Of a stretch of 32,000 nt of DNA, positions 24,473-32,000 are shown piece by piece. Under the pieces are notes generated by a model, which ran no database searches, was not told the origin of the DNA, and saw only the letters and a list, made by a program, of their open reading frames with translations. The DNA comes from Promethearchaeum syntrophicum (GTDB lineage: Archaea > Asgardarchaeota > Lokiarchaeia > Sigyniarchaeales > Promethearchaeaceae): the NCBI RefSeq assembly GCF_008000775.2, contig NZ_CP042905.2:2700001-2732000 (forward strand). Reading direction: 5' to 3'. The position numbers were made by a program, and so were the translations under genes. The stretch's first letter is position 1, and every line of letters begins with the position of its first letter.

Positions 24473-25126
24473 ATGAGTGAAGAAATTGTCCAATTAAATT
24501 TTTCAATACTTGTTCCTCCTAAAAAATGGCTATCAAAATTTAGTCTCTTATTTCCTCAATTACAATTTAATTTAATGTCTATGGTTCCGATCTCAAAAAA
24601 TCAAGGCAATCTTTTGCTTCAGATTAAAGGACTTAAACTTAATCAATTTTGGGAGAAATTTACTAAAACATCAGAGAAGATAAACTATAATCTGATTTTT
24701 CAAGATAAAAATTCAATATTGATGAATATATTAATGGGTGATCCTTGGATTCTCCAAACAATTTTTGATGCCCAATTACTTTTACAGTTCCCCTTTCTAC
24801 TGATGAATGGAAAAATATTTCTCCAGCTAGTAGGTTCTCGAAAAAAAATTGATGAATTATTTAGCAGTAATGCACATTGGAAAGAAATAGACATTTCAAT
24901 AAAAAAAATCAGAAAATATTGTCCAGATTCATTATTAACACCACGCCAATTTGAAATCTTAAATCAATCTTTAAATAATGGTTTTTTTGATATTCCAAGA
25001 AAAAAATCACTTAGTGTTTTAGCTGAAGAAATAGGAATATCTCCTTCCGCTCTATCTGAAAATATCAGAAGAATAAATAAGAAACTTGCCGAACACTATA
25101 TAAGTTGTATAGATTTACCGAATTAA
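24473..25126 (+). CDS. HTH_10 (bacterio-opsin-activator type) transcriptional regulator
   Basis: The C-terminus LTPRQFEILNQSLNNGFFDIPRKKSLSVLAEEIGISPSALSENIRRINKKL matches the archaeal LT.RQ.E.L..A...GY...PR......LA..LGIS..T..E.LRR...K pattern. Confidence 0.7.
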   Translation: MSEEIVQLNFSILVPPKKWLSKFSLLFPQLQFNLMSMVPISKNQGNLLLQIKGLKLNQFWEKFTKTSEKINYNLIFQDKNSILMNILMGDPWILQTIFDAQLLLQFPFLLMNGKIFLQLVGSRKKIDELFSSNAHWKEIDISIKKIRKYCPDSLLTPRQFEILNQSLNNGFFDIPRKKSLSVLAEEIGISPSALSENIRRINKKLAEHYISCIDLPN

Positions 25127-25288
25127 TATTAAGATCACAATTATTAATTTTTTCCTTTATAAATAAATCACCTTACGGATAAATTCACTTAAATATCCAA
25201 TGATTTCGTAGAATATTTTAGAAACTTGTAGAAGATTATAACAATTGTATGAAATCATCGAATCTATGTTTTAATTTTTTTTTTCTAA

Positions 25289-25362
25289 TTTATAAATCAC
25301 TTACTTCACTAGTGAATTTCCTTAAATATCAGCAAAATTATACGAACCATATTATCGCTTGT
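25289..25362 (+). promoter_or_regulatory. conserved upstream element, copy S3: TATA-like box plus a 12-nt palindrome (ttcactagtgaa) plus a conserved tail of about 45 nt
   Basis: tttataaat at 25289-25297 and the palindrome at 25305-25316. It is about 74 percent identical by eye to 26998-27071. It lies about 130-200 nt upstream of the gene at 25490. Confidence 0.4.
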
Positions 25363-25489
25363 GTAATACGTTTTAATAGTGAAAAAAAGAAAAACCCTTT
25401 TATGGTTAAGAAAATAATTGTATTTATAAGTTTTTGGTAAGTTTATTTCATGCTTTTTACATTAAAAAATAGAAAATGGTGAGAAATGA

Positions 25490-26980
25490 ATGGAGAATTC
25501 TATTGAATTAAAATTTGCTGCTGAGTTGATAAATTCTGCTCAATTGAAAGGCACCCTAGGAAAGAAAAGCTTTAAAAAAGAAATCCTTGCCCTAATTCTT
25601 TTAATGTTTATTCTAACTGGAATATTTTTCATATTATTTAGATTTCGAAATAATGAGATTTTCTTATCATTTGTCCAAACGAGCCGAGAAGCCCGAATAA
25701 TCATGATCTACCATTCACTTTCAATACCATTTATTGCCGTCTGTACATTTTGGCTTCTTGAATTCTATAATGTACGTGAAAAGATGATACTAACAATAAA
25801 AATCTTAATATTACCTGGAACATTCATTGCTTCTATTTCTGGTGCAATTTTTGCATATACTCGGATAATGTTGTTTCATGATTTTTTTTATTTAGGAATG
25901 TTCCTTGTATTCATCAGTGGATGTGTTTTTCTAGCTTCTGTATGGCTTAAAAAAGGAAAATTTCCCTATCCGGAAGAAGAACTACCGGAAGGATCTACAA
26001 TTCGGGGTTGGAGCATTGAATATTTTATCCTAACAATATTAGCAATGAGTTTATTAATTTCCTCGATAATTGGTGCACTAGCAGCCATGGAAAACTTTGT
26101 TGGAACTGCTTTTGGTTTAAATCCACCAAGAGAACCAATAGCGTTCCTAGCGGAGTATATAATTCATGATGTATCGCATGATATCGTTGAAAATTCTGTA
26201 AAATCTCATCTTCACATAATGCTAGTTGAAGCCAGTGCGATGGTTATGATGATTGCATTCCGTTATGTTAAAATGCCAAAAAACTACTATAAATTCTCTC
26301 TTCTACTATGTATTCCGGGTATCATAATTATTTCAATTGGAACATGGCTGGTAGTATTTGCATTACCAATAGCGCATATGATCATTTATGCAGGATCAAG
26401 TTTCCTTCTTCTTGCTAGTCTATTCATCATTTGGTTCGGATGGAAAGAAGTAGCAATGGAAGAATTAAGAGAAAAATATGATAAAGCATCATTTTGGAAA
26501 AGAACTAGAAGTAGTTTTTCCGATCCGATTAAATCCACTTTCTATTTTCTTCTGTTCTTTTCGTATTTTGTAATTACTTTACCAGGGTTAATTGTTGCTG
26601 CAAATTTAGAAAAATATAGGACACCCGAATATTATGAATTGGAAATTGATTTTAGCATAGGTCATTGGCACATGTTGGCTACGTTGATTGCGACAATGCT
26701 CTTATTATTAGCAATTGACTACTATAATGTCAAAGGAAAAATACGAAAAATCACTGGGATCACAATTTTTCTTGCGTCTCTTTTATCGTTCGGAGGAGGA
26801 ACCGCATATACATTGCGTCCCCTTCCAGACACGATTATAGAACCATACTTCATGATAACAATTATTGGTATTTCTTTTCTGTTTATCGGATATACTCTAG
26901 GAATTTTCATAATATATAAAGCTTATATTAAAGACCGAAAGCAATTAAAAAAAGCAAATGAAGCAGATATTCAAGATTAA
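25490..26980 (+). CDS. hypothetical multi-pass membrane protein (at least 10 TM, 496 aa)
   Basis: Many hydrophobic segments. No motif recognised. Confidence 0.55.
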   Translation: MENSIELKFAAELINSAQLKGTLGKKSFKKEILALILLMFILTGIFFILFRFRNNEIFLSFVQTSREARIIMIYHSLSIPFIAVCTFWLLEFYNVREKMILTIKILILPGTFIASISGAIFAYTRIMLFHDFFYLGMFLVFISGCVFLASVWLKKGKFPYPEEELPEGSTIRGWSIEYFILTILAMSLLISSIIGALAAMENFVGTAFGLNPPREPIAFLAEYIIHDVSHDIVENSVKSHLHIMLVEASAMVMMIAFRYVKMPKNYYKFSLLLCIPGIIIISIGTWLVVFALPIAHMIIYAGSSFLLLASLFIIWFGWKEVAMEELREKYDKASFWKRTRSSFSDPIKSTFYFLLFFSYFVITLPGLIVAANLEKYRTPEYYELEIDFSIGHWHMLATLIATMLLLLAIDYYNVKGKIRKITGITIFLASLLSFGGGTAYTLRPLPDTIIEPYFMITIIGISFLFIGYTLGIFIIYKAYIKDRKQLKKANEADIQD

Positions 26981-26997
26981 TATTTTTTTTAAGATAA

Positions 26998-27071
26998 TTT
27001 ATATATAGCTAACTTTACTAGTGAGTGATCTTATATATCATTAAAAATATACAGAACAGTTTATCGCTTAT
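26998..27071 (+). promoter_or_regulatory. conserved upstream element, copy S4 (TATA-like box plus an ACTAGT-centred half-palindrome plus a conserved tail)
   Basis: tttatatatagc at 26998-27009 and actagt at 27017-27022. It is homologous to 25289-25362 and lies about 225-300 nt upstream of the prenyltransferase gene. Confidence 0.4.
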
Positions 27072-27295
27072 ATTTTTCAATATTTTAAAAAATAAAAGAA
27101 AAATTCTTTTATACTTCAAAAAATAAGTGTATTCATACGTTTTTTCTAAGTGTGTATAATGTTTTTTCTTTGAAAAGAAAAAACTGAACAAAAGAAACGG
27201 TGAAAGAAAGAGAATTGGATTATTACGCGTCAATTCATGATAAATATCTTAATCCCCATCTCAATTAATAAAATAATAGATTAAAAAGGATTATT

Positions 27296-28174
27296 ATGGC
27301 ATTTAAAAATATTGCATCAATGTATTTAGATTTAATAAAAGCAAAACAAACATTATTATTGCTCTTTACAGCGATTTTATCATATCTTATTTCGTTCGAA
27401 TTCAGTGAAATTATTTGGTTGGATCTGATAATTTTTAGTTTATCGATGTTTATGGCAATATCGGGAACAACGATGTTAAATATGTATGTTGATCATGATA
27501 TTGATAAGATCATGGAACGTACAAAATGTAGACCGATCCCAAGTGGTGAAATCTCAAAAGAAGTTGTTTTAATAAATGGTATCATAGTGACTGTATTAGG
27601 TTTAATACTCGGATTTGTTTTTTTAGATTGGTTAACCGCTTTGGTTATATTCCTTGGAGCATTCTTTGATTACGTTATTTATAGTATATGGCTTAAAAGA
27701 AAAACAAGATTTAGTATAATATTTGGAGGTATAGCTGGAGGACTTCCTTCAATGGCTGGAAGAGTCCTTGCAGTACAAAGAATTGATTTGATTAGCGTTT
27801 TATTTCTATTATTTATCCTAACTTGGATTCCTATTCACATACTTACACTTGCCATGCTTCCCAAAAATATTAAGGGATATAAAGAAGCTGGTGTTCCAAT
27901 GTGGCCTATTGTAAGACCATTGGAAGAAACCATGCGTGTTATTGCAGGAAGTGCATTTTTGAATATGATAATTTTGTTCTTATTAGCTTGCATTTTAGAC
28001 ACAAACCTTTTAGTTAGAGTAATAATAGCGATCTGCTGTTTAATTGTAATCTTTTTAGTGATTAAAAATCTAATTAAACCTTCAGAAAAACTCACTTTTA
28101 TAATATTCAAAGTTGCTTCAATGTTCATGGTGTTAGGTTATTTATTGACATATATTGGAGTTTTAGTAGCGTAA
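27296..28174 (+). CDS. ctaB: UbiA-superfamily prenyltransferase, protoheme IX farnesyltransferase (heme O synthase, CtaB/COX10)-like
   Basis: NMYVDHDIDKIMERTKCRPIPSG and YSIWLKRKTRFSIIFGGIAGGLPSMAG parallel the CtaB/CyoE motifs N..-D.DID..M.RT..RP...G and YT.WLKR.T..N...GG.AGA.P...G. The protein has about 8-9 TM segments. Confidence 0.65.
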   Translation: MAFKNIASMYLDLIKAKQTLLLLFTAILSYLISFEFSEIIWLDLIIFSLSMFMAISGTTMLNMYVDHDIDKIMERTKCRPIPSGEISKEVVLINGIIVTVLGLILGFVFLDWLTALVIFLGAFFDYVIYSIWLKRKTRFSIIFGGIAGGLPSMAGRVLAVQRIDLISVLFLLFILTWIPIHILTLAMLPKNIKGYKEAGVPMWPIVRPLEETMRVIAGSAFLNMIILFLLACILDTNLLVRVIIAICCLIVIFLVIKNLIKPSEKLTFIIFKVASMFMVLGYLLTYIGVLVA

Positions 28175-28214
28175 AGAAAAAAATTTTTTATAATAAGAGA
28201 ACAGAGGAATATTT

Positions 28215-29021
28215 ATGAGTTTCAATCCGTTTAGTGAAAATTTAGCTTGGTTATGGGATATTATTGCATTAGTAATCTCACTGATTTGCGTTATGATGGT
28301 AGTTCAAATTAATGGTCAAATTCAAAAAAGTGGTAAATTGCCGACTTATGTTACACGCAAAATTGTACATATCTTAGCAGCACCGGTTTTTATACTAACA
28401 TGGCTCTTTTTCTCGGGGTCTGTTTTCAGTCGATATATTGCATCTATTGTTCCAATTCTTTTTATTGTTCAATTTACTCTAATTGGCACGGGAAAAATGA
28501 AGGATGAAGCCTTTATACGATCTATGTCAAGATCCGGAGATCCAAGAGAATTACTTAAAGGAACTTTATATTATGCAGTAATTCTGTTCATCGTAACGAT
28601 CTTATGGTTTTATTTACCATCATCGGGAACAGAAAATGCAAATCCAGCAGCGCTAGTAATACTTGGGTGCCTTGCTGGAGGAGATGGTTTTGCCGATATT
28701 GTTGGTAGAAAATTTGGAGGGGAAAAAAAATTTGGACTTTTTGGCGCTGAAAAAACAATTGTGGGAACAATCGCAATGTTCGTGGGATCATTTGTCTTTA
28801 GTTTTGGTTTAATCGCTATTTTTCCAATCAGTACACCCGAATTTAATCTGGTTCAATTTTTACTCCCTACATTTATAATTTGTTTATTGGTAACAATTGT
28901 AGAAGCAATATCTCCACCAAATTCAGATAATTTGACTATCCCCATTAGTGTAGTTGTGATGATTGTTGTTTTTGCACTCTGGATCCCCTCACTATGGCCA
29001 TTTCCAATTATAAGCTTATAG
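28215..29021 (+). CDS. polyprenol/phytol kinase-like membrane protein (dolichol kinase / VTE5 family)
   Basis: LAGGDGFADIVGRKFGGEKKF...EKTIVGTIAMFVGSF matches the GDG.AD.VGR.FG ... KS.EGS signature region of CTP-dependent prenol kinases. Multi-pass membrane protein. Confidence 0.6.
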   Translation: MSFNPFSENLAWLWDIIALVISLICVMMVVQINGQIQKSGKLPTYVTRKIVHILAAPVFILTWLFFSGSVFSRYIASIVPILFIVQFTLIGTGKMKDEAFIRSMSRSGDPRELLKGTLYYAVILFIVTILWFYLPSSGTENANPAALVILGCLAGGDGFADIVGRKFGGEKKFGLFGAEKTIVGTIAMFVGSFVFSFGLIAIFPISTPEFNLVQFLLPTFIICLLVTIVEAISPPNSDNLTIPISVVVMIVVFALWIPSLWPFPIISL

Positions 29022-29031
29022 AATCTGAAAG

Positions 29032-29862
29032 TTGATAATTGTGGGACACGCTAAGAATCTAACTATAATAAAACTTGGAGGGGCGCTTTTAACCAATAAA
29101 AGTGTTCCGTATACGAGCAATGATGCAGTAATTAAGGAAATTGCACGAGAAATTAAAGAATGTTTAGCTTCAGGCTTAATTGAAGACTTGATTATTGTTC
29201 ATGGAGTCGGGTCGTTTGGACATCCTCCTGTTCTCGAACACAAGCTACATCATGGTTTCAAAGGAACACATCAGCTTATTCCTCTTTCTCAAACTCAACT
29301 CATCGTTAATAAATTCCGATTTTTCTTAGCTAATGAGCTAATAAATGTTGGTATTCCTGTTAATCTGTTTCATTCTTCATCAATATTTACAAGTGAAAAG
29401 ATGCGAATATCAAATTTTTTTCTCGATTCAATTAAGGGTTTTCTCTCCATAGGAATGGTTCCTTTGATTGGTGGAGATATGCTTTCTGATAATAAAATGG
29501 GTTTTTGCGTGGGGAGCGGTGACCAGATATTAACTCTCTTATCCAAGGAATTAGATGCAGACCAAATGATTTTTGCTACGGATGTTTCTGGAATTCATGA
29601 AGCCGATCCCAAATTAAACCCAAACAGCCCAATTATTAATAATTTAAACATTCAAGATTTGGAACAAGTAATGACCAACATGGATAATTCAAAGTTGAAA
29701 GATGCAAGTGGTGCAATGAAGGGAAAATTGCAATCTTTATTAGTCTTGAAGGAACAAATTAAAACGGGGTTTGAAATAAGCATTATTTCCATGAATTCAT
29801 ACGGGAACTTAATTTCTCTCCTTAAGGGAGATTTAAAAAAATTTACAAAAATAGCGCGTTAA
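29032..29862 (+). CDS. ipk: isopentenyl phosphate kinase (amino-acid-kinase fold)
   Basis: IIKLGGALLTNKSVPY, IIVHGVGSFGHP, IGGDM...SGDQI, ATDVSGI and DASGAMKGKL parallel archaeal IPK (from my memory of the M. jannaschii enzyme). The start is uncertain: TTG at 29032 or GTG at 29041. Confidence 0.85.
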   Translation: MIIVGHAKNLTIIKLGGALLTNKSVPYTSNDAVIKEIAREIKECLASGLIEDLIIVHGVGSFGHPPVLEHKLHHGFKGTHQLIPLSQTQLIVNKFRFFLANELINVGIPVNLFHSSSIFTSEKMRISNFFLDSIKGFLSIGMVPLIGGDMLSDNKMGFCVGSGDQILTLLSKELDADQMIFATDVSGIHEADPKLNPNSPIINNLNIQDLEQVMTNMDNSKLKDASGAMKGKLQSLLVLKEQIKTGFEISIISMNSYGNLISLLKGDLKKFTKIAR

Positions 29863-30049
29863 TTTCTATTTTAAAAAACCTTTTACAATTTTTATCGTTC
29901 ATTTTTTATGGGAATATTCAGTACTTAAATTTAATAAGAGGTGTGATAAAAATAAAACTACTACAAAGTTTTATATTAGCTATCTCTAATCAAAACAATA
30001 TTTTAAATTAAAAAAAAGTATATCACAAAAAAAAAAATTGGCACTGAAA

Positions 30050-32000
30050 ATGATGATGAAATCAACTAAAAGAACTTGCGTTTTTCTATTTCTTACTATA
30101 TTCATGCTTGGATTAAGCACAACTCGACCTATCATAGCAGGAGAGGCTGAAAAAACAGAAGGAATGATCTATGCAGGGATATATTACAATGAAGCAGGAA
30201 GATATTTAAGCTTAGGTGTAACAATGCGATCTAGTACTGGTGAATTTAATGATAGGATTTATTTCACTATCAACGAAACGGAATATACCATGGACCCTTT
30301 CAAATACACTGGAGAAACTGGGGAGGATCTTAACTATAATTATTGGTTAAGTGGACTAAATTATGGTACGTATGAGATTAAATTTTTTCATGAAAATTCA
30401 ACTGATATTTATGAATATGAAACAATATTTACTGCAAATATTACTGAATATGAATTTCATGTAGAAGAAAATACTCACTTTGGGTATACTCGAATAGGAA
30501 ATACCAATAACATGAGTTTTTATGCCTATTGGGATAATGAAGTATTAACAGAAGAAATTGAAAATATTCAATTGATTTTAAATGGAACATCTCATCCGAT
30601 GAGTTGGCATGAATGTTCTAAAAGATTTCTTTTTAATTTGGATTTTGGAATTCATAATTCAAATACCTACAATTATTCAATTTCCTTTTCGATGGGTAAT
30701 GAAAACTTCCAAACTGAAAATAAAACATTAACGTCAAGCAATAATAAAGAAATAAGTTTTTTATCTGGAAGTTTATATCCTTTATATACTCCAGATTCTT
30801 TAGATTTTAATGTAAAAGTGTCTTATAGCACATGGCAAAATGTAGAACCTATTTTAAAACTCGAAATTGACGGATTAAATCAGACTATTGAGCCCAAATT
30901 CGATCTGCAGAGTATGTTCCAAGGTGATCAAATTTCTAGCGTAGATTGGACTTCTACACAACAATTAGGGATGTATAACATTTCTGGACTTGAAGAAGGA
31001 ACTAATCACTCAATTAAAGTTCATGCGTTTGATGATTCAAAATGGCTTACTGATGATTTAATGGACAATGAAACCCTAAGCACTCCTCCAGTAAATGAAG
31101 ATTTTACAATCGATATATTAAATTGGGGGTTTACACCAACAGACTGGTACACTACCTTACACATTGATATTAATGTTACCTGCCCATATCTTACAAATGC
31201 CTATGAGAGAAATGAAGCCAGTTTATCACTATACGGTCCAATGCTCAATAACTTTATTTTTCAAGGGATGGGTGAAGATGATTATAATGATGCAGATTAT
31301 TCGGATGGAAAAATATACAATTTCTCTTATAATTTTTGGAATGCAGAAGAAGTTTATGGGGAATTTACAGGAAAATTCCACATTTTCTATAAAAATCAGA
31401 CTACGACGACGACATATGGACACTACATCAGTTCAAATAACACATTTTCAATCTCTGAAACACCTGTTGCTGAATTCGGAATAAATAAGGAAGATTGGTT
31501 TCTTTATGAGAGTGGTTATGAATCAACCTATCGAGACTGTGATTATTGCAACCTGAAAGGAGTTTCATATTACATATATCGTATAGCTGATTTTGGTTAT
31601 GAACTTGGGGTTAATTATTTAGATCTCGAATACTATGAATGGGATAAATGCAATGAAAAATGGGTCTATGATTTTCCAAATTATGATTATTTAAAGCCGT
31701 ATTATTATGAGCACGATTCCTTTCCAACAAACGTGAACAATGCATCGATGAGAATTTGGATAAACTTAAATGATAATAGCTCACTAGATGATTGGACCTT
31801 TCTCCCTTTAAATAATATCTCCGATTATTTAGAAGATTGCTCCCGTTTATATTTTGAAGATAACAAGGACATTTCCAGAACTTCAGTCGAATTTTCGGCT
31901 AAATTGGGTGATATAAAATTTAATGGATTATTAGATATTGATAGAAAAGGATTTCTAATCGAAAGCTCATCCCAATGGGAATATGGAAAATATTTTACTT
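30050..32000 (+). CDS. large secreted/surface protein, N-terminal 650 aa (ORF runs off the right window edge; absent from the ORF track)
   Basis: I read frame 2 from ATG 30050 to base 32000 and saw no in-frame stop; I re-indexed the codon phase against coordinates at five separate stretches. It has a signal-like N-terminus (MMMKSTKRTCVFLFLTIFMLGLSTTRPIIAGEA), is Asn/Tyr/Glu-rich and carries many N-x-S/T sequons. Confidence 0.65.
   Translation, partial: MMMKSTKRTCVFLFLTIFMLGLSTTRPIIAGEAEKTEGMIYAGIYYNEAGRYLSLGVTMRSSTGEFNDRIYFTINETEYTMDPFKYTGETGEDLNYNYWLSGLNYGTYEIKFFHENSTDIYEYETIFTANITEYEFHVEENTHFGYTRIGNTNNMSFYAYWDNEVLTEEIENIQLILNGTSHPMSWHECSKRFLFNLDFGIHNSNTYNYSISFSMGNENFQTENKTLTSSNNKEISFLSGSLYPLYTPDSLDFNVKVSYSTWQNVEPILKLEIDGLNQTIEPKFDLQSMFQGDQISSVDWTSTQQLGMYNISGLEEGTNHSIKVHAFDDSKWLTDDLMDNETLSTPPVNEDFTIDILNWGFTPTDWYTTLHIDINVTCPYLTNAYERNEASLSLYGPMLNNFIFQGMGEDDYNDADYSDGKIYNFSYNFWNAEEVYGEFTGKFHIFYKNQTTTTTYGHYISSNNTFSISETPVAEFGINKEDWFLYESGYESTYRDCDYCNLKGVSYYIYRIADFGYELGVNYLDLEYYEWDKCNEKWVYDFPNYDYLKPYYYEHDSFPTNVNNASMRIWINLNDNSSLDDWTFLPLNNISDYLEDCSRLYFEDNKDISRTSVEFSAKLGDIKFNGLLDIDRKGFLIESSSQWEYGKYFT

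Noticed and set aside
25249-25440. 63-aa ORF in the 25127-25489 gap, and the 71-aa minus-strand ORF at 27018-27233.
   Set aside because: They are F/K/N-rich low-complexity sequence in AT-rich intergenic DNA. Both overlap the conserved S3 and S4 upstream elements, which explain the sequence better.
27296-28174. Digeranylgeranylglyceryl phosphate synthase (archaeal lipid UbiA enzyme), suggested by the isoprenoid and lipid context.
   Set aside because: The Asp-rich motif with MERT..RP and the WLKR...GG.AG..P second motif fit CtaB/COX10-type enzymes better than the DGGGPS pattern I recall.
31164-31484. 106-aa plus-strand and 64-aa minus-strand track ORFs near the right edge.
   Set aside because: Both lie inside the much longer frame-2 ORF, which is open from 30050 to the window end.

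Overview
This is a visibly AT-rich archaeal window. It carries archaeal lipid and isoprenoid genes (a PssA-type CDP-alcohol phosphatidyltransferase and isopentenyl phosphate kinase), TATA-box style promoters and oligo-T terminators. A gelsolin-like domain protein, two leucine-rich-repeat (LRR) paralogs and a RuBisCO-like protein suggest an Asgard (Loki-type) archaeon; this is inference only. I support about 27 protein-coding genes. Two touch the window edges and are missing from the ORF track: 1-423 and a signal-peptide ORF of at least 650 aa at 30050-32000. I recognised no rRNA, tRNA or CRISPR. Three observations stand out. (1) A 2.1 kb gene-free, hierarchically repeated region at 11440-13500 contains an 18-nt motif in 14 copies, an A-run+TGAGAC motif in 12 copies that often abuts TATA boxes, and a duplicated module of about 155 nt. 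(2) A perfect 64-nt direct repeat at 3638-3701 and 13502-13565 has one copy overlapping the 3' end of the RuBisCO-family gene. The pair brackets about 9.8 kb of accessory-looking DNA (orphan proteins, LRR paralogs, an IS, and the repeat region), which resembles attL/attR of a decayed integrated element. (3) The RuBisCO homolog has substitutions at several canonical active-site positions, so it is probably a RuBisCO-like protein (RLP). It sits near an FGGY kinase, a class-III aminotransferase and a wHTH regulator. All alignments were done by eye, with no database searches.
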